Source: Eledone cirrhosa (lineage: Eukaryota). From it: a stretch of 64,000 nt of DNA. A program made the position numbers and the translations under genes. Location: the NCBI GenBank assembly GCA_964016885.1, contig OZ024741.1, positions 145,638,001 to 145,702,000 of the forward strand, in the 5' to 3' direction. Shown piece by piece: positions 12,932 through 26,339 of this stretch (positions are counted from its first letter, which is position 1; every line of letters begins with the position of its first letter). The notes beneath the pieces were generated by a model that saw only the letters and a program-made list of their open reading frames with translations, did not search any database and was not told the origin of the DNA.

Positions 12932-14754
12932 ATGGCAGAACCACGCCCCCCAGCGATATGTCTGCTGTCGTGCCACAACGACGTAGAAGTTGAGAGGAGC
13001 GCTACAGCGAAATTAACACAAATTGATAACACAAACACCACCACAAACAAGGTAAACAAAGACACCAATGATACCAATGAGAACTCTAATTTTGAAAAAA
13101 ATGACAGTAACAGCGACAACGAAAATACAGATAACAAAAAAAAAATAACAAATGCAACAACAATATCAACACTACTAACGTGAAAACAAATTAACGACAA
13201 CACCAACAGCAACAATACCAACTGCACCGAGAACAACGGTGGCAACAAAGACAACAATGTAACAGCGATAGTGATAACAACAATACCAACAAGAACAACG
13301 ACAATGACAACAACACCCCCAACGAAAACAAGAAGAACACTTTCGCTGCGGCAGCAGCAAAAAAGACGCCATGCTTCAACATGGACCTCTCAAACAAAGA
13401 TGAAAAGTTGGCCCAGGCATGGAAGCTCATCAAGCAAGTGCAAACCTGGGCCAACTTAACTGTCCCGGTAGAAGCTATTAAGGCAGTGGAGCGCAGAACG
13501 GTGCATTATAGATGCATCTCAGCACAAACCAAAGGGGCAGCTTTAATCCCACAAGAAGATGTCGAAGTCGCGCTGAGGTGCATCAGAGAAGACACCGAAT
13601 ACATAGAGAGGGGCAGACAGTACGGCACCATTTCGGTGTTGTTCAAGTCAGAAGCCCTCGCTATGAAACACGCTATGACTCCTTGCAAAACCAGCAAGAT
13701 CATAATGTAACCCTCCCACATGGGAAAAAGAACGGCCCGTCTCCGCATTCCTAGAATCACACCAAGACTTGACATGTGGCGGCTTCTGGACCACATCCGC
13801 CTTCAGAATGGGATGGTCATTCACATTATGACCGAAGGCAAAGGCCGCAGTGTTTTGTTTGTGGGGAAAAACCCATTTGCAAGCCTTCTGCCCTCAACTG
13901 CTGAAAGAAGCAAGGGGTCGAAAGGCTCCACTGCTGCCGACGCCGGGGCAAGGACCACAACCAACACCAGCACCGGCAAAACCACCAACAATAACACCAA
14001 TAGAAAGACCACAACCAACATTGACCACCCAGGGGGGAAACGAGGAAAGCTATCAAATTCCTCCTCCCCCCCCAAAATACACACCAATAAAACCATAAAC
14101 ATACATACAGACACACAGACCCCTCATCTACCAGTAGTGAAGATGAGGAAAAACCAAAATCCCCCAAAATACAAAAAAGGAAACACAAAAAGAAAAAAAA
14201 AACTCAACAAAGCACAAAATCACCCACAATAAAAAACGCAGACACCACCCACGCAAACATCTCTCCAATAACACCAACATCAACACCACCATCACCAGAA
14301 TCCCCCAAACGCAAACAACCTAAACAGACGCAAGAACAAATATACACACAAACATCTGAAACCACAGACACCGCACTCACAACAAACACAGACACAACCG
14401 AAACAACACCACCAAAACCATCACCAACACAGCCACGCAAACAAATAAAATCACACCGACAAAACAGACAAAACTTCGTGCTCGTCAGGAGGGCCAACAA
14501 GGAACTGATGGCCCTCGTAGCACGAAGTGAAAATATACAAAATGAGGGGGAAATTTTTAAATCGAGCACATTTCGCGTGCCGGACGATTTCGAATGTCGA
14601 TCGATTTATACAAAGAAATACGAGACAGCTTTCCCCGGGACGTGGGAACCCCAAATATAAAACCAACTTCAAGACTTTTAAAGGGGTTCCCAAAAGAAAC
14701 CCCACCAACTATGGAGGTCGAACAACCCGACCTTCACAAGAGCCCGGAAGGTAA
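12932..14754 (+). pseudogene. Tx1 ORF1 remnants (T/N/K/P-rich)
   Basis: Series of short frameshifted ORFs from ATG 12932 (MAEPRPP) to a stop just upstream of ORF2. Confidence 0.6.
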
Positions 14755-14790
14755 GTAAAGCTTTCCTCTCTCTCTTTTTAACCTGCCAAC

Positions 14791-17700
14791 ATGGCCATAT
14801 TAAGAGTAGGATGTTTAAATATTCGAGACCTGGGATCGTCCTGGAAGCAGGGTCACATGCTCAATGACCTCAGGTCTCTAGAAATGGATGTAATTGCCGT
14901 CAGCGAGACCAGGATTTCCGACACGCGCGCACTAGCCCCCATTTTCGACGACTATCAGATCTTTGCATCTGTTAGCCGGCCGGGAATGGGAGGCGAGGTG
15001 GCAGTGCTGTTTAGGAAAGGCCTGGATCTCGAGGTAAGGTCGATCTTCCAGGACCCGGACGGGAAATTGGTGGTCCTGGACGTGAACAATAACGAAGGTG
15101 GTGCCTTTAGACTGGTGGCCGTCTATGCTCCTACTGGGGCAGGACGGCCGGACTTCTTTAGACGCCTGGAAGCCTTTCTGCGCACGTCTCGCTCTTTACT
15201 GTTAGCGGGGGACCGGAATGGCATCTTAGACGCACGCTGGGACTGTGTGGGAGTATCCGATAGGAGCGGGGGGTGCAAAAGTCTCAAGAACCTGATCAGC
15301 CAGTTCCAACTGTCTGACAGGTACCGACTAGATTTCCCTAATGCGCCAGTGTGGACCTTGGCTAACCGCATAGGGTCATCTAGTTCGTATATAGACAGGA
15401 TATTCATTAGGAAAATAGACAGAAATAGTGTAAGCTGTCTACGTTTTGAAACAGTCACCTATTCAGATCACAAGTTTGTGATCTGTATGGTCGACGTAGA
15501 TAAGACGCGTAGGTTAGGACCGGGTTACTGGAAGCTAAACATGTCATTTCCGGCACGTAAGGCTTACAGGGACCAGGTCAACAATTTAGTTAAGAAAAAG
15601 TTGACAGGGGGAGTCGTCAACAATAGATGGTGGGGGGGGGGGGGCTCTCAAAAGAGAGATTAGAGTAATGTTGATAGACTTTAGCAAAGAAGTAGCGTTA
15701 GAGAAAAATAGAAAGGAGGGGGAGTTGGTAGATAAGTTAGACGAGGCTATTGGTAGTGGCATTGCAACTGACGTGCTAGCGGCGAGAATGGCATTAGACC
15801 ATTTTTCAATGCGAAACACGAAGGTTGCATTGTCAGAGCTAAGGCGCGTGCTCTGAGAAACGAGGGAACCAAAGCTGTTCGATGGGCCTGCGTGGCAGAG
15901 GTGCAGCGTGGTAATAAAACCACGATTCGGTCTTTTATGGACCGAGACGGACACGAGCTGAGCGATTCCAAGTGGATATGTGAGGCCTTTCGCCAAAATT
16001 TTGCTCGGTTGTTCGGGGGAAGTGGCGAGTCAGAGATGGTGGCGGACTTCAGTCCCTACCTCGATGGTTTGCCGCAACTCTCGACGGCTGACGCTGGGCG
16101 CTGCGAAGGCCAATTACTTCAGCCGAGATTCAGGATGCCCTTGTCGGCTGCATGAGGTGCAAGTCACCCGGTTTGGATGGACTGCCCTACGAGCTTTACG
16201 TAAATATGCCAGACTTATTCTCCAATCTCCTCGAAGCCCTCTACTGCAAGTGAGAGCAAAAAGGGAGTATTCCCAGTTCTGTGAGCCGGGGCGTAGTGAC
16301 GCTGATAAGGAAAGACGAGAACGAGAGGGACACATTAGACAATTTCAGGCCCAAACTCTGCTCAACACAGAGTTTAAGATTTTGGCCAGGGTGTTAGCAA
16401 CCAGGTCCATACACGACAACCTCCACCTAAAGCGATACATCATAGAGAGGGTAGGGTGTAAACCTGGCTTCGGTGGGGCTCTGATCAATTTAGATCAATC
16501 GAAAGCATTCGATAGGGTCGACCATCGGTACCTGGAGGCTATCCTCAAGGCGGCTGGCTTCGGCCCCGTCTTCAGAAGCTGGATCGCTGCAATGCACAGC
16601 GGTACCTGCTCGATGGTCAAAATTAATGGCCACCTCTCGGAACCGTTTCAGGTCTCCCGATTGGTCCATCAGGGGTGCCCTCTCTCCTCCCTTCTGTACG
16701 TATTGACTTTCGAGCCTTTACTGTGGAAGCTGGAGCTGTTGCAAAGCATCCCACTCGAACCGGGACGCGGAAAGGCCGTGTTGGCTTATGCGGACGACAT
16801 CACCTTGAAGGTGTCGGGCACCTCAGAAATCGAGGTGGTCGGCAACTTATTGGAGGAATATGAAAGGTTGACGGGAGCAAAACTTAACCCGGAAAAGTCG
16901 GTGGGCTTGCAACTCGGAACCTAGAGAGGCAAGTCCATTCCGTCCAACAGCGTCGTTAGGTGCTGGACGGCCGGACCGAGCCAGACCTCCAGGTGGATAA
17001 GAATTGGGACGAGGTGACGGGCAGGGTAGCCAGTCTCACCCAGAAATGAGCTGGGATGAAGCTATCACTGAAAGGTCGGGCGGAGGTGGCGAACGCGTAC
17101 ATCGCGTCCGCCATCTACTACCCTCTGACCGTCGTCCCTTGTCCCCGTTCGCGCCTTGCCAACTTGGAGCGGCTCCTCTTCAAATTCTTGTGGAGGGGTC
17201 AGGTTCCGCTGGTGAGGCGGTCCATCTTCTGCCAGCACCCTCTACGTGGAGGGCTGGGCATGCCGTGGGTAATGATGCGCAGGCACAAGTTGAGGCTGCG
17301 GCATCTCCAGATATTCTGCCTAAACGGTGAACAGGTGTGGTCGCCGTTTGTCAGACGGGCCTTTCCGCAGCTAGTTTCTTTGACTGAGTTGCAGTCCTGG
17401 GTCAAGAAGAGACCAAGACTGGGTGAGTGGAATCTGGAATGTTGCCAGGCACTCACTGCCTTCTACCAGGCGGGCAATGCGGTCAGTGGAACTTCCACTC
17501 TCGAGTTCTATAGAGGATTAATGGTGGGAGTCAACGAAGTCGAACTAACCAGTCTGTACCGGAGGACTTTCGAGCCGGCGATGATGGATACTTTCCCAAA
17601 ATCCCTCGCTTGACAGTGCTACCGGAGGGCACTGCCGGTTCGAGATAAACTCTACAAGCACGGAAGAGCTGTCAGACGGACCTGCGCGGGATGCACGCAG

Positions 17701-18100
17701 AGCGACGAGACCGTTCTGCACGCTCTTGTCCAGTGTCCGTGCATTACTGACTTGTGGAATTATGTTGAACAGCTGTTTTCGCGTGTAGAACGGATCCGAC
17801 TATCGGCCGAGTCCACAGTGAAGATCGCACCGCCGCCTTCTTTTGGCCAGGAAGGGCAGGAAATTTTTCTCTGTCTGGTGGCAGTAGCCAAAGAGGTTGT
17901 ATGGTGGACAAGGTTGAAAAAAACTGAAGACTGACACTTTTCTTTTCGGCCAATCCCTAATTAACTTTTTCAAGTTTCACTTGGAAAGGAAGGTGAGGGT
18001 GGAGAGAGAAGTGCTGCCTCCCAGTACATTTGCTGAAAGATGAGTGAATGTGGCGAGAATGGCCCGTGTGAGTGGGCTTACTCTGGTCATGCGGCTGTAG
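14791..18100 (+). pseudogene. Tx1 ORF2: apurinic endonuclease + reverse transcriptase + zinc knuckle, disrupted
   Basis: GCLNIR, VSETR, VYAP, YIDRIF, SDHK (APE). LDQSKAFDRVDH, HQGCPLS, AYADD (RT). C..C....ETVLH....C near 17680-17735. Several stops and frameshifts. Confidence 0.92.
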
Positions 18101-18370
18101 GTAGGTATATTTGAGGAGAGGGGGTGCCCTTTCAGGGTGCTCTCGAAGCGTCGGGTCGTTCAGGATTGGTGGGGTACCTAAGCGAACCTGGGTGGTCATC
18201 CCCCCTATTGGGGAATTTTTTCTTGTTGTAATTTAATTGTTACTTTGTTATTGTGATTTATATTGTTTACTCGATTTTTCTGTAAAACCCCACTGTCCCA
18301 GTCTTTTGTATTGTCCCCTATATGTCGGCCCTTGTGGTCAATACATGAAATCATTATTATTATTATTGTT

Positions 18371-18571
18371 GCGGTGGATCGGCAGTATCGGTAGAGGGTC
18401 GGACGCCATGCTTTGACGTACAGAGTTACGGCCCTTGCCATTCTGAGTTCAAATCCCGCCGAGGTTAACTTTGCCTTTCATCCTTATGGGGTCGATAAAA
18501 TAAAGTACCAGTAATACACTGGTTGATTGCTGGCCTTGTGCCAAATGTAGAAACAATTATTATTATTATCA

Positions 18572-18620
<49 letters not shown>
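18371..18620 (+). mobile_element. SINE family A with (ATT)n tail
   Basis: GCGGTGGATCGGCAGTATCGGTAGAG...GTTCAAATCCCGCCGAGG...GTAGAAACA(ATT)n. Confidence 0.92.
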
Positions 18621-20825
18621 AGTTGCATTTATCTTGCTTTATGTTCATACGAGTTATCACCAAGTCACAACCAGTGACCTCAAGAGACAACAAGGGCCGC
18701 CATGTTCAAGAAAGCACATACATACACACACATGCATCTTTAGGTGTTTAGACTTGTGATGTACTTATATTGACAGAATCTTCCTTAGTATATGGGCAGT
18801 TCCCATTAGTACTATCTTTTGTATTTCTCCTATACGCGGGTTTCCTGGGATTTGTGATAAGTAATCATTAGACCCCTTAGGTATCATTCCTAGAGCGCCT
18901 ACAACCACTGGTATTGTTTTAGTTCTCAATTTCCACATTTTTCCAATTTCTATCTCCAGGTCTTTATACTTGCTCAATTTTTCAAATGTTTTTATAGATA
19001 CATTCTTGTCTATTGGAACAGACATATCAATTAGCAGGCATACCCTCTTTTTAAAGTCCTTCAGTATTATATCAGGTCTATTTGCATCTATTTTTCGGTC
19101 TGTTTGGATGCTAAAGTTCCACAAGATTGAGATGTGATTTTTTCAAGTACGGGAGGTGGTTGATGCTCCCACCAATTCTTTTGATGAGGCAGGTCAAAAT
19201 GCTTACACATTATCCAATGTATGTATTGTGCAGTTCTGTTGTGTTTGTTTAGGTATTCAGTTGGAGCTATAAGACTGCACATTGAAATTATATGATCAAT
19301 GGTCTCTGGTTGATTTTTACATACACGGCATAAAGAGTTGCATCCATTTTTTATTATGTTGGCTTGGTAATTTTTTGTTGATCTTGTGCTGATATAATCA
19401 GTCCTTCAGTCTCCGATTTCAGTCCAGAGGATGCCAACCATTGATGGATTAAAGTTTTGTCAACATCAGGATTGTTAGCTCGTTCTGGGTATTTGCCATA
19501 CAGAGGCTTTTCTTGCCATTTCTTAGCCAGTTTCTGTAGCAGTTACTTTTACCTGCTTTGCTTTTTCTGTGTTTTTCTGTAGTTCATTACTGTATCTTTG
19601 TGCATCTTTTGATGCTTTCGTGTTTCAGAATGAGTTTGATCATCCAATCATGTGATTCCCTTAGATATGTAGATAATCCAATTGTTGCAGTTTTCAATGC
19701 AATATCTAACTGGATTAATCCACATTCTCCTTCTTTCCTAGGGAGATATATTCTATCTGTATCTGCCTTAGGATGATGCATTCTGTGCATGGTTAAGAAT
19801 TTTCTAATTTTTGTATCGAGCCTACGGATCTCTGTGCTTGACCAGTTGATGACATTGTAACTGTAGTTTCCTACTGGTATGGCAAGCATGTTTATGGCAT
19901 CGATGCTTTTCCTTGCATTCAATTCCGTTCTTAAGATTGCTCTTACTCTGCGGTAACATTCCTTCCTTATCTTTTCCTTCATTGTCGAGTGCTTGAAACA
20001 CCTAGATATTTGTAAGTTTCCTCTTGATCAAGTTCTCTTATCACATTCCCCCGATCAAGATTAATGTCTGAACTTTTCAGCAGCTTTCCTCTGGTGAACG
20101 TGGCCTTGGCGCATTTATCTAGTCCAAACTCCATTTTAATGTCATCACTGAACTGTTTCACAGTGGATAATAGCCCTTGCAATTGCTCATCATTTTTTGA
20201 AAATAGTTTCAGGTCATCCATGTAGAACAAGTGATTAATGGTTTTGTCATTGAGCATTTTACTTAATGGTATAAGCGCGATGCAGAATAAAAGCGGTGGT
20301 GATAAAGAGTCACCCTGAAAAATTCCACAATTAATATTAACTTCTACTTCCAGTCATTCTTTTTCACTATTCAAAAGGAGTGTCGTTTTCCATGTCTTCA
20401 TACTGAATGACAGGAACCTTCTGACAACGGGAGATATTTTGAAAATCTCTAAACATTTTTCAATCCAAATGTGTGGCAAACTATCAAATGCTTTTTTGTA
20501 ATCTATCCAAGCAATTGATAGATTTTTGTGTCTATTATGACAATCTTCCAGTATCATTTTGTTAACCAAAAGCTGATATTTACAGCCTCGTTTACACCCT
20601 TTCTGCTCATTGGGAAATAAATCATTTGTTATCAGGTGGTCATATATATATTCAGTTAGGACTGATTGTTAAAATGTTATACATTGTGGTCAAGCAAATT
20701 ATCGGTTTGTAATTTTGGGTATTGTTTGTCTCATAATTTTTTGGAAGTAGGAATTTAATGCCATTAACTAGCCATGATGGCGTTGTCGCTACTGAATTCT
20801 GTTGAATAGACTGTAGCTAGTATGC
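18620..20825 (-). mobile_element. R4/Dong-clade RLE retrotransposon (family 1), 5'-truncated, disrupted
   Basis: WIDYKKAFDSLPH, IFQGDSL, INHLFYMDDLKL, CCHC knuckle, NRPDII...LIDMSVP...EKLSKYKDL restriction-like endonuclease. 3' end runs into (TAA)n. Confidence 0.9.
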
Positions 20826-20829
20826 GATT

Positions 20830-21343
20830 GTTTGATCTGTATATATATGCGGTTTGTCGCCTATGTTTAATATATATGTTGACATATTTCCTTAATATTT
20901 GAATTAAACATTTTGAGAAAACTTGAGATACAAAAATAATAATTATTATTATTATGTTGGGATTGGTGGTGGTGGTGAAATTGCCATTTTCTGGCTGTTG
21001 TATTTAGTGTACACAGAGGGGTGGTGGGATAGGTGGTGTATCTAGGTTGTGGTGGTGGTGAAATTGCTGTTATTTGGCTGTTCTATTTAGCGTATACAGG
21101 GGGGGGGTTCTTCCATTTATAACCCTTTTCTTTTTTGAATATGAAATTTATAATACAAAATTGAATATTTGAGCCATATGCCAAGATATTATGGGTTATC
21201 ATTTCCTGAGAGTTAAGAGTGGTGCCTTATGTCCCATTTGTACTAAGAATTGTTATATCACAATTGTTTTAAATATGTTAAAAATCAAAAACTTACGGGA
21301 GCGATTCCATAACACTCTATCCACCACGTGCGTCTCCTTCCCT
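20830..21343 (-). mobile_element. Tx1-type 5' UTR + ORF1 start, fused upstream of R4/Dong family 1
   Basis: TCGCTCCCGTAAGT and ATGGAAGAACCCCC resemble 12755-12950. Strongly similar to 25770-26283. Confidence 0.7.
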
Positions 21344-21345
21344 TA

Positions 21346-21547
21346 TTGGCAGTATCGCTAGAGGGTTGGACACCATGCTTTCTAGCATAGTTACATCCCT
21401 TTACAGTCTGAGTTCAAATCCCGCCGAGGTTAACTTTGCCTTTCATCCTTACGGGGTCGATAAAATAAAGTACCAGTAATGTACTGGGTAATTGCTGGCC
21501 TTGTGCCAAAAGTAGAAACAATTATTATTATTATTATTATTATTATA

Positions 21548-21601
<54 letters not shown>
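21346..21601 (+). mobile_element. SINE family A (slightly 5'-truncated) with long (ATT)n tail
   Basis: Same consensus as 18371-18620. Confidence 0.92.
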
Positions 21602-21602
<1 letters not shown>

Positions 21603-24600
21603 CTTGAATCTCAGTCATTGATGTTATTTAACTGGAAAGTCCGTTGGAATGAATATCAAGCCACTACCTGCAGCCTCAGATATTCAGGACGTATCGGAGG
21701 GTTCTTGCTGTTCCCAGCAAGCATGCCTTTTGAAGCGTTCCAAAAAGCGTGAAGGGGCCGATTTTCTTTAACCATCCCTGGAAACTTTTGGAGATAGTCC
21801 CCAGTGCGCCTATGACGATCGGGATCACTTTGACGTCATGGCAGTTCCAAATCCTTTTTACCTCCCACTTTAAGTCCTGGTATCGGTTAATTTTCTCCCT
21901 CTCCTTCTCTTGCACTCTCGTGTCGAATGGGCAGGCCACATCCACAATCAGACACGATCTTTTTTCTTTGTCCACAACCACCAGGTCAGGTCTATTGTGT
22001 TCCAGTTTCTTGTCCGTCTGTATCCTAAAATCCCACAGCACCTTCACCTGATCGTTCTCCAACACCCGCTCTGGCTTATGCTCATACCATTTCTCAGAAT
22101 GTGGTAAATTGTTTACTTTGCACAGGTGCCAGTGGATCACCCTGCCCATCACATCATGTCTCCAGCCCTTATAGTGGGTCTGGGCTAGGTGTTTACACTC
22201 GGATACAATGTGAGCCACAGTCTCCTCTCTCTCTCCACAGATCCTGCACAGTGGGCTAGCCTCCTCCTTGTAAATATGGTGTTTCAACCACTTCGTTTTG
22301 AGGGCCTGCTCCCGCGCAGCCATTAACATTCCTTCTGTAGCCTTTTTAAGGTCTCCTCTTCTCAACCAGTTCCATGTCTGTGGATCTCTAAATTCAAGTT
22401 TTCTCAAAAAAGGTACTATGAAGGGATTTTTCCTGAAGGCTGCTCTTTCTCCTTGATGTTATTTCCTCCTTGGACATCCCCTGGCCTATTGTCCCCTCCT
22501 TCAGTACAGTTCTGAGCATTGGCTCCTTACTATCAGTCACGTATTTGTGTAAGTTGTTTTTCTCCATCTGAACACAGTCCTCTATGCTGATAAGACCTCT
22601 TCCACCCTCAGATCTCCTTAGGTAGAGTCTATCGACATCATTCCTCTTGTGGAACATGTTGTAGATAGTCAATAGCTTCCTAGTCTTCCTATCCATTTCT
22701 TTTTGTTCAGCAACATTCCATCTCAGAATTCCCGCACGCTACCTAATAATAGACACAGCTCGGGAATTTACTGCGCTTATGGCATTTCTGCTGTTCAGAT
22801 GTGACTTCAACACGCTCCTTACTCTCCGAATGTATTCAGTTCTTAACAATTCCTTCATTTTTTTGTTCTTTATGCCATCAGCCTCCAAAACGCCCAAATA
22901 CTTGTATCCTTCCTCAGAGTCAATTTCCTTTATCATCTCACCTGTTGGTATCTGGATTCCGTTACTTCTGCTCAACCTACCCCTCCTCATCACAATGACT
23001 CCACACTTACTAATACCAAACTGCATACATATATCACTGCTGAAAATACGGACAGTGTCAACAAGCACACCCAACTCCTTCTCACTCTTCCCGAAGAGCT
23101 TAAGATCGTCCATGAAGAGGAGGTGATTGATGGTAAGCCCTCCCTTTCCCAACTCGTATCCTGCTCTTACTTTTCGCAGTACACTGGTCAGGGCATCAGG
23201 GCAAGAACAAACAACAGAGGGGACAGGCTATCTCCCTGGAAGATACCTCTCTTGATCTTCACGCTTCCCAAGGATTCTCCAGTTGATGTCAACTCTGTTT
23301 CCCAGGACCTCATACTCTTTCCCAACAACTGTCTGATGTTATCTGCCACCTTGAAGATCTCCAGGCTTTTGGTGATCCAAGAATGAGGCACCATGTCAAA
23401 TGCATTTCTGTAGTCTATCCATCCCATGGCAAGATCAGTGTGTCTCCTCCTGCAATTCCCCATTACCCTCTTATCAATAAGTAACTGGTCCTTTGTACCA
23501 CGTGACTTCTTTCGGCATCCTTTCTGTTCGTCCGATAACAAGTTGTTTGTGTGGAGGTGATGGTAGATTTCCTCAGACACAATGCTCGTCAACAGTTTCC
23601 ACATTACGGACAGACATGTGATAGGTCTATAGTTGGTCACATCATTACCCTTTATTCGGTCTTTCATTATCAGAACTGTGGTACCTTTTGTCAACCACTC
23701 TGGTACCTCACCTGACATCAAGCAGTCATTGAACATGGTTGTCAGTTTCGGGTGGAGGGATGTTATATTTTTAATCCAATACCCCTGCACACCATCTGGG
23801 CCTGGTGATTTCCAGTTGGTTAGTTTTTTGGCCTGCCCCTTAAGAGTTTCAACTGTGATACTCAAATCAGTTTGTTGGTGTGCCTGCTCACCGATCTCCC
23901 TCTGTACTGTCTCAATCCACCTTGCCTGGTCATTATGTCTAACATCCTGCTCCCATATTCCTCTCCAGAATGTTTTAGTTTGTTCCGCCTCAGGGATCAA
24001 GTCGTTGCCTCTTTCTTTCCCCTCAAGCTGTCCAAACAGCATCTTCTGGTTGTTGTCGAACATGCGGTTCTGTTTATACTGACTGACTCTGTTCTCGTAT
24101 CGCCTGATTTTTGCCCTCTTTGCTACAATGCGTTGCTTCAGTTCCTCTATGATAATATTTAGCTTTTTCCTCCTAGTCTTGTACTTTATTTCCAGTCTAT
24201 TTTTAGTGCCTATGTTTTTTAGTGTCCCATTCAGTAGTGACTCAAGCTTTCCAATGTCATTTCTCATTTCCCTGATTTGACCACTCAGTCGTTTCTTCCA
24301 CCAAGGCTCTGCTCTTTCTTGTCTGTTGTTTCCTTTCGCTTTTATACCAAGTAGTTTCCTCACCGTATTTGCTGTTGCTTTGAGGATATTGTTGCACTGG
24401 TGAAGGCTCCTCGCCTCAAGGTATGGGATGACTTTGTTTACCTTAGCTGTTGTTTCTTTTAACTTTTTCCTGTCTACAAATCTTAGGTTCATAGGTCTCC
24501 CACTATCATTGTTCAATTCATCTACCACTAAGTTTAGGATATCAACCAAATCTTGTCCTAGCCTGTCAGCATTCATTTCCTCAATGGCCGTATCTTTGTT

Positions 24601-25140
24601 CCAGGTATTATTTATCTCAGTATTCAGATCATTGTCTGCTTCGGGTGGTTCCTCCGTTCTTTCGACCTCTTCACCTTCATTTCCCACTGGCTCGTTTGCC
24701 TGGCATACTCCACCCTCCATCTCCAAGCTAATCTCTCTGCTCAGTTCCTCCAGTTCCAGCTCGCTTATCCACCCATTAGTTCTTATTACCTGAGCCTGCT
24801 CGGCCAATTTTTGTTCATCTAATTTAAATAGACCAATCTCGTTCCAGATGTTATGCATCCGTCTCCTATAGCCCCTCTCCTTGGGGTTACTTTTCAGGTA
24901 ACATTGCATAACAGTTCTATTCAATTCTTTCTTCCAGTTGGTTCTGGTCCCTTTCCTTCTTCTTCTTCCTCCGACACCAGCAGTATTTGGTTGACAGCCA
25001 GGTTCCTGCTGCTGAGCCAGGGAGCACCTGTTGGGTGAGAGTCTGTCACATGACCTTCTAGGCTCCATTTCACCGTTATTCGAACTACTCTTATCGAGGA
25101 TTGGCGAATGTATGGTTACATAACCATCTGTGGATTCACC
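21602..25140 (-). mobile_element. R4/Dong-clade RLE retrotransposon (family 2), near-complete ORF with frameshifts
   Basis: N-terminal W..ELN..VMQCY....P..RGYRRRM..IW. RT KSPGPDG, NYRPITCL, IFQGDSLSPLLF, LFMDD. CRIC...ETVAHIVSEC knuckle, RHD, NRPDLVV...VDVACP...EKINRYQDL RLE. Confidence 0.93.
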
Positions 25141-26283
25141 GTCTCCGGTGGTTGCGTCGCTCCACTTGGCTCTTGTGTGGCATTATCACCACGCTGTAGA
25201 CGAACACAAATAAACAAACAAACAGGCAGAAAAAACCCCCAAAATGAATAAGCATAAGTTTCATTGTAATGTAGTGTTCGAATGTCTGACTTAGTTTTTC
25301 CCTTCTCTTCTCTGTCCGTCCGCTTGTTTCTCTCTTCATTCTTATTTTCTTTACTTTTTTTTTGTTTTTGTTTTTCTCTGTTTTTTGTTGTTTTTTTTTT
25401 GTTGTTGTTGCTGTGCTGCTTTGGTTTTGATTTTTGTTTTTTCTTTTGAGTCTATCTATATATTTTGATGCCTTCCTCTTTTTTAGTAGGAATTCTATAA
25501 TGTGGTGGCAGTGCTGTGCTAGCAGCAACTAGCAGGAAGCAATGGGAGAGAATAGCGGCGGTAGCGATACTGAGACAGTGGTGGTGGTGATGTCGATACT
25601 GAGGCAGTGATGGTGGTGATGTGATCGTATTACTGTAGTGATGGTGTTGTAGCGGTGGTAGCAATGAAGGAGTGGTGGCGGCGGTGATGGGATAGTGGTA
25701 GTAATGGTGGATGGGCGGCGTTATCGTTACTGATGTCCGTTCGGTGAATCTATGGGGTTAGTCGCGTACATGTATTGACATAAATTCCCTTAATGTTGGA
25801 ATTAAACATTTTGTTAAAACTTGGGACAATAATAATAGTATTTATTATTATCATTATTATGTTGAGATTGGTTGTGGTAGTGGTGAAGTTGCCGTTATCT
25901 GGCTGTTGTGTTTAGTGTACACAGAGAGGTGATGGGGTAGGTGGTGTATCTAGTTTCTGGTGTTGGTGAGATTGGTGTTGTTTGGCTGTTCTATATAGTG
26001 TAGACAGAGGAGGGGAGGGGGGGTTCTTCTTCTTCCATTTATAGCCATTTTCTTTTTTGAATATACAATGTACAATACAAAGTCGAATATTTGAATATTT
26101 GAGCCTTATAACAATATATTTTGGGTCCGAATTTTTTGGGGGCTCAAGCTTTACGTAACATTTGTACTTTACGTAACATTTGTACTAAGAGTTGTTATTT
26201 CACAAATGATTTAAATATGTTAAAAATTCAAAACTTACGGGAGCGATCTCATGACTTTCTACCACCTCGTGCGTCTTCTTCCC
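25140..26283 (-). mobile_element. Tx1-type 5' UTR + ORF1 N-terminal part, fused upstream of R4/Dong family 2
   Basis: Same leader as 20830-21343. ORF1-like low complexity, with EKLSQ and VERR matching EKLAQ and VERR of ORF 13381-13710. Confidence 0.68.

Positions 26284-26337
<54 letters not shown>
26284..26337. repeat. (TTA)n microsatellite
   Basis: Directly visible. Confidence 0.98.

Positions 26338-26339
<2 letters not shown>

Larger units (their letters stand above)
12733..18352 (+). mobile_element. L1/Tx1-clade non-LTR retrotransposon, near full length, frameshifted
   Basis: 5' UTR, low-complexity ORF1 remnants (12932-14754), ORF2 with APE, RT and C-terminal CCHC. Flanked on both sides by (TTA/ATT)n. 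Confidence 0.92.
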
